Assembly (NCBI RefSeq): GCF_003044035.1
Contig: NZ_NVQC01000022.1
Location: 300,001 to 332,000, forward strand
Direction: 5' to 3'
From: Candidatus Methylomirabilis limnetica
GTDB lineage: Bacteria; Methylomirabilota; Methylomirabilia; Methylomirabilales; Methylomirabilaceae
DNA length: 32,000 nucleotides
Made by a program: the position numbers and the translations under genes. Positions 18,375-27,164 of this stretch are shown here, one piece after another. The notes under the pieces were generated by a model that saw nothing but the letters and a program-made list of their open reading frames with translations, ran no database searches and was not told where the DNA came from. Numbering within the stretch: position 1 is the stretch's first letter; each line of letters opens with the position of its first letter.

Positions 18375-21300
18375 TTACTCGAATACAGCTTCCCGCTCTA
18401 TATGATTCATAACTAAACGATAGGCGTTTTCATGATCCGATAAAACGCTGTCCATGCGAAAACGTTCCGCTGCCTCTTTTACGGCACTCCTCGCATATTG
18501 ATATCGCAAATGGTCAGACGCGAAGTCAGCAATGATTGAAGCGCTTTCGGAAATAGGTACTTTCCAGTCCTGCAAGGTAATCAACGCGCCGGCGACGCCA
18601 TTGCGGGTGGTAAGCATGGCGCGAATCTCACCGATATCACTGGCAACGACAGGCTTACCGGCACACAAGCACTCGATAATGGATAGTGGGACGCACTCGC
18701 CACGAAACTGAGACGGAAGAAAGCCTAAGTCCGACATCGCAAAGTAGTCCACAGGGTTGTCCGCAAAGCCTAGAAGATGAACAAAATCAGGTACCCCCTC
18801 TGATCGCAAGGCGGAAGCTACGGGTCCGTCGCCAAGCAACAACAAATGTATTGCCTTTCCAGAGAGTTCCCGAGCAGCACAAACGATCTTTATCGCCTCA
18901 TACCATCCTTTTTCAGAAATTGCGCGACTCGCCAAGCAGAGCACAAAAGCGTCGCTGGAAATGCCCAATGTCGATCGATCGATGACGCGGATGGCCGTCG
19001 GCTCCAGGCCGTTGCCAATTTTGACGAATCTTTCGGGGCGGTAATATCCTTTTTTCTTAAATACTGTAAGGTTCTTGTCAGCGATGTAGCACCACAGATC
19101 CACGCTGTTGACGATCGCCCCCAAAGTGTGCTCGATCTCACTATCGCTGAGAATCTCATACATTCCATGCATAGTCGCTATATGTCCTGTCCGGTATTTC
19201 ATGTGTACGATATTTGTCGCGAAAAAGTGCTCCGCCGATGCGTGATGAGAATGTATCAGTTCGATGCCAAAAGCTCTGATCAATTGATCGATCGATCCGA
19301 TCCTCGAATTACACTCGAAAACAGGAATATCCGAATATAGCAATTGTCGGATCTTGAGGTTAAGAGACTCACGATTATAGTTGAAGAACGTAACCGCATA
19401 TCCTCTCTTTTTTAGTCCGTTCGCCAGCCTAATTGGGACAATTTCACCCCCGCCGGTAGAGAACGAATAACAAGCCATCAAGATATTGGGCCGGCGCGCT
19501 GACTTGCACGCGAGTACACGTTCCTTGTCATAAAGCTCGATCGGTAACGGTTGTCCCGGCCGGCTAAAGGTGTCTTGCCAAAATCTCTCTACAAATGCGT
19601 GGTGACGTCGAATGACATCATTAGAGACATTGTAAAGTTCAACAATTGTTCTCGCTACGGCTTCATGCTCTTTATAGTAAGTTTCGTTCCGATAGGTGCC
19701 GGCTGAGGAGTTAGCGTTATGAAATCTATAGTAATTCACAGTAGAATTGGTAAATGCGATTTTCCCGCCTCGTATGATATGAAGATAAAATATCCAGTCG
19801 CCGCAAATCTTCAGGTTTCGCCAGTTCTCGTCGTCCAGTAAGGCGCAACTGACCGGGCGGCGAAATACGGCGCTACTAACATTTGGAATGGTGTTCTTGA
19901 GCCCAAGAGCGGTTGCCACTTCGCTGTGGGAAGTCACAATATAGTCGGATTGCCATTTATCTTTGTCGACATCGCACACATAATTATGAAAAGTAAAAGC
20001 AGTGGCATTTCCGTAACCATCCACAAATACCGACCGAGCATAAGCGAGTTGAACAGTCTCGTCTGCGAACAACGGTACAAGTTTTTCCAAGAACGTCGTC
20101 TCGCAAAAATCGTCACTTTCGGCGATCCAAACGAGATCCCCGTCGGCCATTTCGAAGCCTTTTTCCCATTGGTCAAATACGCGGCCGCTATTTTTATCGT
20201 TAAAGCACAATGTGGTGTTGTCACCGTAGGTAATCGCGTAATCCCTTAGTATCTCGCGGCTCCAGTCCGAGGAGCTGTCATCGAGTAATATGACATCGAA
20301 ATTCCTGTAGGTTTGATTATAGATGGACTCGAGCCGCTGTTTAAGAAATCCGGCATGGTTATAATTAGGCACGATCACCGTTACCTTGGGGCGGAACGAG
20401 GCGTGGGAATTTTCGAAGCGCTCGCTCGGATTAAAGTTATCCGGAAAGCAGCTTCGTCCCCTCGTTGAGGTCGTTTCAGGATATTTTAAAGACGACGAAC
20501 TCTCTGCCTCAGCGAAAACCTCGACTATTTCATTCTCAACCTTAAAGAGTGGTTGCTCACGGCGTTGCAAAACTCTTGAGAGAAATGCGACAGCGCCCAC
20601 AACCTTTCGAGCAGCCAGGTTCCAATAATAGCGGAAGGCTCGAAGAGGCCTCGTGAAAGTCCATGATCTAGACCCGTACACTTGAGCCAGTTCCTGTTTC
20701 AGGAACAGGATCTGCCCGTCGCGATCGGCCACCGCCTGGGTGAGGTCGGTGATCTGCCCGTCACGATCGGCCACCGCCTGGGTGAGGTCGGTGATCTGCC
20801 CGTCACGATCGGCCACCGCCTGGGTGAGGTCGGTGATCTGCCCGTCACGATCGGCCATCAGTGCGCCAATCGCCTGCTCTAGCTCTTGAATCTGCCGATG
20901 TTGGACAAGCAGACGCGCCTGCACCTTGGCCTCCCGCTCCTGGGCGAGGGCCGCCGCGGTTTCGGCCGAGACGGCGCGAGACTCTTGTTGCTCGGCCTGC
21001 GCAAGAGGCGATTGGGGGAGCACCAGAGTCTTCTCGCGCTCCCGCGCCTGCTGTTGGGCGTGCGCGATCAGCTTCAGATAGGGCGTAGCAGACTCTCTCT
21101 TCGGCTTATGAGTGTGGGTGGCATCTTCGTAGATCTTCTCAAGCGTGGCAACATGGGCCTCCATTGAATAGAGCGTATCTGGCCGGATGTTCCTGCGCAT
21201 CATGTCCAACAGCTCCGGCTTATCCAAGATTTCCTGGAGCCGTTGGGCCAGATTCTCTGCATCCCCAGCCCGAAAGGTCAGGCCGGCCTTCCCGATTCGC

Positions 21301-22346
21301 TCCGAGAGGGCGCCACGGTCCGAGACGAGGGTCGGCAGCCCCAACTGTAACGCCTCGTCAATGGTAAACGAATAGGATTCACTGGTAATGGAAGGGAAGA
21401 CAGCGAGGTCAAGGTCGAACGCCTGCAGGTCGGCCGACTGATAGGCGCCATGGAATTGAACTGAGAGGCCGCGCGCGAGATCGCGAAGTCGTTCCCCGTA
21501 TGCCTGTTCCAGGGCTGTTCCGATCAGATGGACCTGAACGGCAGATGGATCGTCCAGACGATGCAGCGCCTCCAGGAGCAGGTGCGTACCTTTATGGTAC
21601 AGGAAATAACCCCAATGCCCGATCTGCAGCGGCCGATTTGGGAACGCCGACAGCCCCGTTCGCCTCTCCTGCGCCATGAGGGTCTGGAGACTTCCATGCG
21701 GGAGAACAGTCAAACGGTTCTCCGGAAGCTCAAGCAGCTTAAGCAGCAATGAACGGTGAGCCTCTGACGGTACGATGAGGGCCGAGGCCAGCGCAAGTTC
21801 CTCCCCTATCATCTGTTGACGTAATGTCAGCGCAGCAGCGACCTCCAGATCCGTCTGCCATTGAGTTCGCTCGACACAGTGCAGACATGGTGCGGTCAAG
21901 AGGGGTTCTTTGCAAAACGACCCCTCTCGGTGGATCCGATGGATTCGTGGGCAGGAGGTCCACACATCGTGCAGCGTCACCACCACCGGAATACTTAGGT
22001 CCGCGCAGATCGCCACCAGGTTATTGGTTAATTGGTGCCAGTGATGCACATGAACGATATCCGGCCGACACGAAGCCAGGGCACTTCGCAACGCTTGCTC
22101 CACCTCCGGATCGTATCCGTCCATCCATCCATAATCTCGTCCTTCCGCACGGTAATACCGCGTCACATCGAGACCGTCCTGCTCTGTCGTGACGGTCGTC
22201 GCCTTCGCGGTCGACTGTCCCGTCCCGGCGAACACCGCCACCGTATGACCGCGAGATCGCAACTGCGCACAGACAGCCTCGCAGTAGCGCTCCGTGCCTG
22301 CGATCGACTCTGGTGGAAAGCCGTGAACGATCTGGAGGATTCTCAT
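18375..22346 (-). CDS. Multidomain glycosyltransferase: N-terminal GT4, coiled coil with tandem 14-aa repeats, GT2, C-terminal GT4-like domain
   Basis: 1323-aa ORF. N-terminus MRILQIVHGFPPESIAGTERY with a Cys cluster CPRIH...C...C..C. Coiled coil with 4 x DRDGQI(T/L)..., followed by SRSWTFTRPLR. GT2 block KVTVIVPNYNHAGFLKQRLESIYNQTYRNFDVILLDDSSSD. C-terminal domain ILMACYSFSTGGGEIVPIRLANGL...GECVPLSIIECLCAGKPVVASDIGEI. Confidence 0.92.
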   Translation of the reverse strand: MRILQIVHGFPPESIAGTERYCEAVCAQLRSRGHTVAVFAGTGQSTAKATTVTTEQDGLDVTRYYRAEGRDYGWMDGYDPEVEQALRSALASCRPDIVHVHHWHQLTNNLVAICADLSIPVVVTLHDVWTSCPRIHRIHREGSFCKEPLLTAPCLHCVERTQWQTDLEVAAALTLRQQMIGEELALASALIVPSEAHRSLLLKLLELPENRLTVLPHGSLQTLMAQERRTGLSAFPNRPLQIGHWGYFLYHKGTHLLLEALHRLDDPSAVQVHLIGTALEQAYGERLRDLARGLSVQFHGAYQSADLQAFDLDLAVFPSITSESYSFTIDEALQLGLPTLVSDRGALSERIGKAGLTFRAGDAENLAQRLQEILDKPELLDMMRRNIRPDTLYSMEAHVATLEKIYEDATHTHKPKRESATPYLKLIAHAQQQAREREKTLVLPQSPLAQAEQQESRAVSAETAAALAQEREAKVQARLLVQHRQIQELEQAIGALMADRDGQITDLTQAVADRDGQITDLTQAVADRDGQITDLTQAVADRDGQILFLKQELAQVYGSRSWTFTRPLRAFRYYWNLAARKVVGAVAFLSRVLQRREQPLFKVENEIVEVFAEAESSSSLKYPETTSTRGRSCFPDNFNPSERFENSHASFRPKVTVIVPNYNHAGFLKQRLESIYNQTYRNFDVILLDDSSSDWSREILRDYAITYGDNTTLCFNDKNSGRVFDQWEKGFEMADGDLVWIAESDDFCETTFLEKLVPLFADETVQLAYARSVFVDGYGNATAFTFHNYVCDVDKDKWQSDYIVTSHSEVATALGLKNTIPNVSSAVFRRPVSCALLDDENWRNLKICGDWIFYLHIIRGGKIAFTNSTVNYYRFHNANSSAGTYRNETYYKEHEAVARTIVELYNVSNDVIRRHHAFVERFWQDTFSRPGQPLPIELYDKERVLACKSARRPNILMACYSFSTGGGEIVPIRLANGLKKRGYAVTFFNYNRESLNLKIRQLLYSDIPVFECNSRIGSIDQLIRAFGIELIHSHHASAEHFFATNIVHMKYRTGHIATMHGMYEILSDSEIEHTLGAIVNSVDLWCYIADKNLTVFKKKGYYRPERFVKIGNGLEPTAIRVIDRSTLGISSDAFVLCLASRAISEKGWYEAIKIVCAARELSGKAIHLLLLGDGPVASALRSEGVPDFVHLLGFADNPVDYFAMSDLGFLPSQFRGECVPLSIIECLCAGKPVVASDIGEIRAMLTTRNGVAGALITLQDWKVPISESASIIADFASDHLRYQYARSAVKEAAERFRMDSVLSDHENAYRLVMNHIEREAVFE
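20709..20858. repeat. 42-bp tandem repeat, about 3.6 copies, inside the giant GT coiled coil
   Basis: Units at 20709-20750, 20751-20792 and 20793-20834, plus a partial unit at 20835-20858. Units 2 and 3 are identical, and unit 1 differs at one base (gtcGcg versus gtcAcg). The repeat encodes ADRDGQITDLTQAV iterated. Confidence 0.97.
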
Positions 22347-22352
22347 GATTGG

Positions 22353-23012
22353 CTACCGCGCCTCAAATGCCTCTACGTAACGGGCTGATGGCAGATGGAT
22401 CGTCCTGTAGGCATTCAGGCCCGCCACCATGTAGAGGTAATCGTTATACCGAAGCTGGCTCTGGTATTGGGTGATCGCCTTGCATTTCAGGTCCCAGACC
22501 GGCGTGATGTCGAGGATATGCGACGGGTGGACTGTGGCCCAAATCTCATAACACCAGTCTCTTACGGGGATGATGTATCGGCGAAGCGCCTCTTCAACGG
22601 CCACCCCGAGCGCCCAATGATCCGGGTGGATTTCGTTGATCGATGGCCGATAGAGGATATCCGGTCGTTCGATCGCAAGCAGCACCCCGATTCGCTCCAC
22701 CAGCTCAGGGGTGGGGGTGAGTGTGCCGTCCGGGTAGTCCCAATGTTCCAGATCGCTCACCCCGAGGATGGCGCTCGCTCGCCTGCTCTCCTCGCGCCGC
22801 AAGGCAGGGTAGTCGCACCCCACATAGTACCCCTTCGGGTCTCCAGCGGCCCCATCGGTCACGATGACGACCTTAACCCGGTCGCCTTGCTGGCGGTGAA
22901 GCGCAATCGCCCCGCCGCACCCAAGGCTCTCGTCATCGGCGTGGGGGACCAGGACTAGCACCGACCCTGGAGGCGGCGCCGCCATAATGCTAGGACGCGC
23001 AGGCGGTCCCAT
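22353..23012 (-). CDS. PIG-L / LmbE-family N-acetylglucosaminyl deacetylase
   Basis: VLVLVPHADDESLGCGG (PH.DDE zinc motif) and HPDH further on. The start is chosen at the ATG at 23012, preceded by GGAGG plus 6 nt. An ATG at 22985 and a TTG at 23039 are alternatives. Confidence 0.88.
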   Translation of the reverse strand: MGPPARPSIMAAPPPGSVLVLVPHADDESLGCGGAIALHRQQGDRVKVVIVTDGAAGDPKGYYVGCDYPALRREESRRASAILGVSDLEHWDYPDGTLTPTPELVERIGVLLAIERPDILYRPSINEIHPDHWALGVAVEEALRRYIIPVRDWCYEIWATVHPSHILDITPVWDLKCKAITQYQSQLRYNDYLYMVAGLNAYRTIHLPSARYVEAFEAR

Positions 23013-23040
23013 CAAACCCCTCCGCACCCCACACGTCAAA

Positions 23041-23080
23041 TCCCCCCGTGCCCCCCTTTACAAAAGGGGGGGTGGGGGGA
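23041..23080. repeat. Family E C-run/G-run hairpin
   Basis: TCCCCCCGTGCCCCCC tttacaaaa GGGGGGGTGGGGGGA, lying between the GNAT stop and the PIG-L start. Confidence 0.75.
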
Positions 23081-23114
23081 TTTCGCACCTCGCGCTCTGC
23101 GACTCGCACGGTCT

Positions 23115-24197
23115 TCAATAGATATCCGAATCGCCCATTGTGTAGTACCAGTGCCGATTGACCCACTCAAGCGAGACATCGGGGACCTTGGTCAAAGCGA
23201 CGAGATGATACAGGGTGGGCTCAAGCCGGTAGCCTCGCTCTGACAGTAGACGATGGGGCCAGGCAGTGGCCGGAAACCACGCCTGCAACTGGGTCATCCC
23301 CGCCTCACGACTGCGTCGCTCACAGTGGTGGAGCAGCAGATCCGCCGTCGTCGCATCCCCAGGCGGCACGAGCCAATCTACCAGACAGGCGATCGGCTGA
23401 TCCCTCACACCGAGGCGCAAAATTGCCACGCCGGCGAGATCAGCGTCGAACCATCGGCGCGCCGCGAGCAACGTGTACCGAACGTCAGGGCAATCGGCAT
23501 ATCGCCAATTGAGATATCGGGAATCCCGAACCGTCGCCACGCCCAATCCTGGACCGATCTGAGCCCATAATCGATCGGCCTCATCCCCGAAGCGATCGAT
23601 CGCGTCAACCCTCAAGCGTCGAGTACGCCAGGAGGGTCGTGTGCCATCCTGACCATTGAGATCCAGGACTAGGCACATGACCGGGTGCAGCGGAACATAC
23701 CCTGCCACCCGCTGGCCGATCCGAAGCGCCTCCGGCGTCGGAAACCCATAGCCGATCGGCACCTGTCCCGATACCAGATACTCGTTGATATAGGCATCGG
23801 CCAGCGTCCCGAATAGACCGGGCCGCTTGAGACCACGTCGAAAGCGGGGGTCTACCGCGACGTCGATGATCTGGGTAAAGATCCGGGTCTGCCCTCCGTA
23901 GGTCGCCCTTGCCGGCAAGCCCACGTACTGCCCCACGACCTCCCCGGCCGGCGTTTCCGCCAGCCGCATAAAGTAGCGGCCGACCGGGTTAGCCTGAAAT
24001 TTCCAGCGCCAATGATCGAGGGATCGAGCCACGCCGAAGACGCGCTGAAAAAGATCAAAGATCCGGACTTCATCTCCTGACTGGTAGGGGCGGATCGTCC
24101 ACCGGCCGGCCGGATCCTGACAGATATCGCCGTCGAGGGCTGCAATCGGTTGCTCACGCACGTAACTGTCCTGGACGCACGACTGCTGGCGCCCCAT
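23115..24197 (-). CDS. GNAT-family acyltransferase (large, about 360 aa)
   Basis: IRPYQSGDEVRIFDLFQRVF and an acyl-CoA-binding-like block IIDVAVDPRFRRGLKRPGLFGTLADAY (R/Q..G.G/A type). The ATG at 24197 overlaps the wzt 3' end by 44 nt. Confidence 0.75.
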   Translation of the reverse strand: MGRQQSCVQDSYVREQPIAALDGDICQDPAGRWTIRPYQSGDEVRIFDLFQRVFGVARSLDHWRWKFQANPVGRYFMRLAETPAGEVVGQYVGLPARATYGGQTRIFTQIIDVAVDPRFRRGLKRPGLFGTLADAYINEYLVSGQVPIGYGFPTPEALRIGQRVAGYVPLHPVMCLVLDLNGQDGTRPSWRTRRLRVDAIDRFGDEADRLWAQIGPGLGVATVRDSRYLNWRYADCPDVRYTLLAARRWFDADLAGVAILRLGVRDQPIACLVDWLVPPGDATTADLLLHHCERRSREAGMTQLQAWFPATAWPHRLLSERGYRLEPTLYHLVALTKVPDVSLEWVNRHWYYTMGDSDIY

Positions 24198-25389
24198 TGA
24201 CGGCCACAGCCTCTACCTCCCAGTGATGTTCCAGATAGCAGAGCCCCAGGGCCTTGATGTTGTGAATTACCTCAAACTTGAACTCCCGCGGCCGGCGATC
24301 GTAGATGTGAAGGCCATGCTCGTCCAGGAGGGAGACCGAGACGTCATAGCTCCCCGCCAGCAGCGCAAGACGGGGAAACCGTAGCTGGACGCTGCCCGAG
24401 CAGGTAGAGGGGGCCACATCGGCAACATGGGTGCCCGTCGCAAAAACCATCACATCGTCGTTTCGATGGATGAGCACCGCCACGTGGACGACGGTTGGCG
24501 ACTGCGGCACCTCGTACTCAACGGTGACGGTCAGATCCTCTCCCGTCACGAATTGATCCCGCGGCGCGTCATCTCCGTCTCGACTGAGCTGCACGCGGCA
24601 GATCCAGGGGAATGCCGTTGGTCCTCGATCCTGGGCGGGAGTCGACTCCCTCGGAATCTCCCGTTCACGCAGATAGCTCTCATAGCAGCCGACCACTCGC
24701 GACGCCTCGCCGGCCTCGGCAATTCGACCGTCTTTCAGCCACAGGGCTTCATCAGCAATTAATCGAATCTGATAAAGGTTATGGGAGCAGAAGAGGATCG
24801 TCTTCCCGGCCTTTCTAAACGCCTCGATGCGGTCGATGCAGCGCTTCTGGAAGTACTGGTCCCCAACCGAGAGCGCCTCGTCGATGATGAGCACGTCTGG
24901 GTCAACGCTGGTGACGACCGCGAACGCCAGGCGGACGTACATGCCGCTGGAGTAGAGCTTCACCGGCCGATCGATAAAGTCCCCGATCTCGGCGAACGCC
25001 GCAATCTCCGGAAGCCGCCGCGCCATTTCCTTCGGCGGGATCCCCATGATGGTCCCGCTCATCAGGGCGTTTTCGCGACCCGTAAACTCAGGGTTGAAAC
25101 CGGTGCCCAGCTCAAGGATGGTTGAGATCCGCCCTTGTGTCCTGATCTGTCCGGAGCTGGGTCGCAGAACGCCGGCGACAAGCTGCAACAGCGTGCTCTT
25201 GCCGGCTCCGTTATCGCCAATGAGACCGAGCGTCGACCCACCACCAACATGAAAGCTCGCATCGTGAAGAGCCCAGAACTCCTGGTGATACCTGCGGCGA
25301 CCGCGGCTGAGAAACTCTTTGAGACGGTCTTTGGGGTTAGCGTAGATCCGGTAGACCTTGGATAGCTGCTGGGCCTCAATGGCGAACAT
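24154..25389 (-). CDS. wzt: Polysaccharide ABC transporter ATP-binding protein with a C-terminal extension (Wzt/TagH type, putative glycan-cap binding domain)
   Basis: Start MFAIEAQQLSKVYRIY at the ATG at 25389 (TGATG overlap with wzm). Walker A GDNGAGKST, signature LYSSGMYVRLAFA, Walker B LIIDEALSVGD. About 160-170 further residues rich in beta-strand-like sequence (DLTVTVEYEV...VHVAVLIHRNDDVMVF...YDVSVSLLDE) resemble Wzt C-terminal domains. Confidence 0.88.
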   Translation of the reverse strand: MFAIEAQQLSKVYRIYANPKDRLKEFLSRGRRRYHQEFWALHDASFHVGGGSTLGLIGDNGAGKSTLLQLVAGVLRPSSGQIRTQGRISTILELGTGFNPEFTGRENALMSGTIMGIPPKEMARRLPEIAAFAEIGDFIDRPVKLYSSGMYVRLAFAVVTSVDPDVLIIDEALSVGDQYFQKRCIDRIEAFRKAGKTILFCSHNLYQIRLIADEALWLKDGRIAEAGEASRVVGCYESYLREREIPRESTPAQDRGPTAFPWICRVQLSRDGDDAPRDQFVTGEDLTVTVEYEVPQSPTVVHVAVLIHRNDDVMVFATGTHVADVAPSTCSGSVQLRFPRLALLAGSYDVSVSLLDEHGLHIYDRRPREFKFEVIHNIKALGLCYLEHHWEVEAVAVNGAPAVVRPGQLRA

Positions 25390-26180
25390 CAGAGCACGTC
25401 GGCAAAGGCAGGTTGCATCCGGGTAAAGACACGATAGCCCACGAGAAAGACGATCACACCGATCGATGCCAGGAGGGCGACGCCCCCCCATTCCGGGAAC
25501 TGCCCCTTGAGGATCAGGCTCCGGTAGGCCTCCACCAGGGCGTACATGGGGTTCATGGCCAAGAAGATTCGCATGCCCTGGGGAACGACCGATGGCGGAT
25601 AAAAGATCGGCGTCAGAAAGATGCCGAGGGTCAACATCACCCCCAATATCTGACCCAGGTCTCGAATGAACACCGTCGTACCCGCAATGATCCAGGCCAG
25701 CCCAACGGTCAGCACGACCTGCAACAGAAGGATCACCGGCAACAGAAGCATGACAGGCCTCATTGGATGGCCCGTCAGGAGCAGTGCGACCACCAGAATT
25801 GCGAATCCGATCAGCTCAGTCACGACCCCGGCGATCACCGGATAGACCGGCAGGATCTCTGAGGGAAACACGTTCCGCTTAATCAGATTCGCATTTTCAA
25901 AAATCACACCAGTAGAACGATTCAACCCCTCAGCAAATGCGTTCCACGGCAACAGACCGCAGAACAGATACAGCGCGAACTCCTCCGTCCCTTCGCTGGC
26001 GCCCACCCGGACCTTCATGATGGTTGAAAAGACAAAGGTGTAGAGCCCCAGCATAATGAGCGGGTGGATGACCGACCATAACAGCCCGACTGTAGACCCC
26101 TTATAACGAGCCAGCAGGTCTCGTTTGACGAAGCTCCAGATGAGGGTTCGATGCCGGTACAACCCAAAGATACGTCCCAC
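25389..26180 (-). CDS. wzm: Polysaccharide ABC-2 type transporter permease
   Basis: YRHRTLIWSFVKRDLLARYKGSTVGLLWSVIHPL, the ABC-2 family N-terminal signature, plus 6 predicted TM stretches. The GTG start at 26180 is preceded by GGGAG. Confidence 0.9.
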   Translation of the reverse strand: MGRIFGLYRHRTLIWSFVKRDLLARYKGSTVGLLWSVIHPLIMLGLYTFVFSTIMKVRVGASEGTEEFALYLFCGLLPWNAFAEGLNRSTGVIFENANLIKRNVFPSEILPVYPVIAGVVTELIGFAILVVALLLTGHPMRPVMLLLPVILLLQVVLTVGLAWIIAGTTVFIRDLGQILGVMLTLGIFLTPIFYPPSVVPQGMRIFLAMNPMYALVEAYRSLILKGQFPEWGGVALLASIGVIVFLVGYRVFTRMQPAFADVL

Positions 26181-26189
26181 GCCAGCTCC

Positions 26190-27164
26190 CTATCTACAGC
26201 CGAAGTCAGGGTTGATGTCGGGCAGCTCTTGTTGCACCAGCGTGGTCTTTCCATCCCTCTCGACCGTGCGCTCGTCAAAGAGGTGAAAGTGGCTGGCATC
26301 GCACGTTCTGCACAACGCGATCTCCTCGTATCTCCCCATTTCGTGAAGCCGTCGTGCGCGTTGCAGCAGTCGCCCGTTCCAGATCTCGTACAGGCTTTCA
26401 TCGGGGAACCGGCCGATCACGGCATCGCCCCAGTTGTCCTCGCAGCAGAGGACTGCCGTACCATCCCACCCCATAATCATCTGCCGATAGATCAACGGGC
26501 ATGGTTGACGCAACTTGACGGGAAGGCTTTCCTCTCTTCGCACCGGTCTTTTCCTGGAAACGGTAATCGATTCGACATGACCCGCCCATTTCTCAAGAAA
26601 CATCTGCACGTCCGCCTCTTCATGATTGACCATGCGCAAGGATACAGACGGTTTCCCGCCAGTTCGTATGTCCAGCAGAAACCTGATGTTCTCTTCCACA
26701 CGTTCAAGCACCGCGCCCTTTCTGTAATGCTCGAACACGTCCTTTTGCGCGCCATCCACGGAAAAGGAGAGTGAATCTACCCCAAGTTCGACTGCCGCCC
26801 GTGCCCGGTCTCGATCGAAGAGAGTGGCATTGCACAGGAAGCCAACTGAGATATTGGCCTTGCGCTTGGCATCACTGACGATATCAAAGAACTGGGGATG
26901 TAGGAGGGGTTCCCCTGCGCCATAGATGTGGAGATCGATGCACACGGGCCATGAGCCCAACTCCTCTATCGCGCTGCCCCAGACCTCTTTACTGATATAT
27001 CCGATCGCCCGATCCCGCTGGACGCCCTCGCCCCAGACCGAACACATCCGGCACCGAAGGTTACAGGCATTCGTCGGCTCCATAACCATGCCCTGAGGGA
27101 ACTGCGGCGCACGCAGGCCTTTGGCTCGCGTAAGCACGCCAGCGATCTGTTGCAATAGTCCCAT
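26190..27164 (-). CDS. Radical SAM enzyme with a C-terminal Cys-rich (SPASM/twitch-like) region
   Basis: Start MGLLQQIAG at the ATG at 27164 (TGATG overlap with the upstream gene). CNLRCRMC is the CxxxCxxC cluster motif. The C-terminal Cys residues run CPLIY...GWDGTAVLCCED...CRTCD. Confidence 0.88.
   Translation of the reverse strand: MGLLQQIAGVLTRAKGLRAPQFPQGMVMEPTNACNLRCRMCSVWGEGVQRDRAIGYISKEVWGSAIEELGSWPVCIDLHIYGAGEPLLHPQFFDIVSDAKRKANISVGFLCNATLFDRDRARAAVELGVDSLSFSVDGAQKDVFEHYRKGAVLERVEENIRFLLDIRTGGKPSVSLRMVNHEEADVQMFLEKWAGHVESITVSRKRPVRREESLPVKLRQPCPLIYRQMIMGWDGTAVLCCEDNWGDAVIGRFPDESLYEIWNGRLLQRARRLHEMGRYEEIALCRTCDASHFHLFDERTVERDGKTTLVQQELPDINPDFGCR

Noticed and set aside
22353-24197. 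GT4 plus PIG-L plus GNAT as a mycothiol/bacillithiol-like thiol pathway.
   Set aside because: No cysteine ligase gene is present. The genes sit inside a Wzm/Wzt glycan operon, so sugar N-acyl remodelling is the simpler reading.
24154-27164. Radical SAM/SPASM-like enzyme plus ABC transporter as a RiPP (peptide natural product) cluster.
   Set aside because: The transporter is of the Wzm/Wzt polysaccharide ABC-2 type. The neighbours are glycosyltransferases. I found no plausible short precursor-peptide ORF adjacent to the rSAM gene, since junctions are 1-10 nt.
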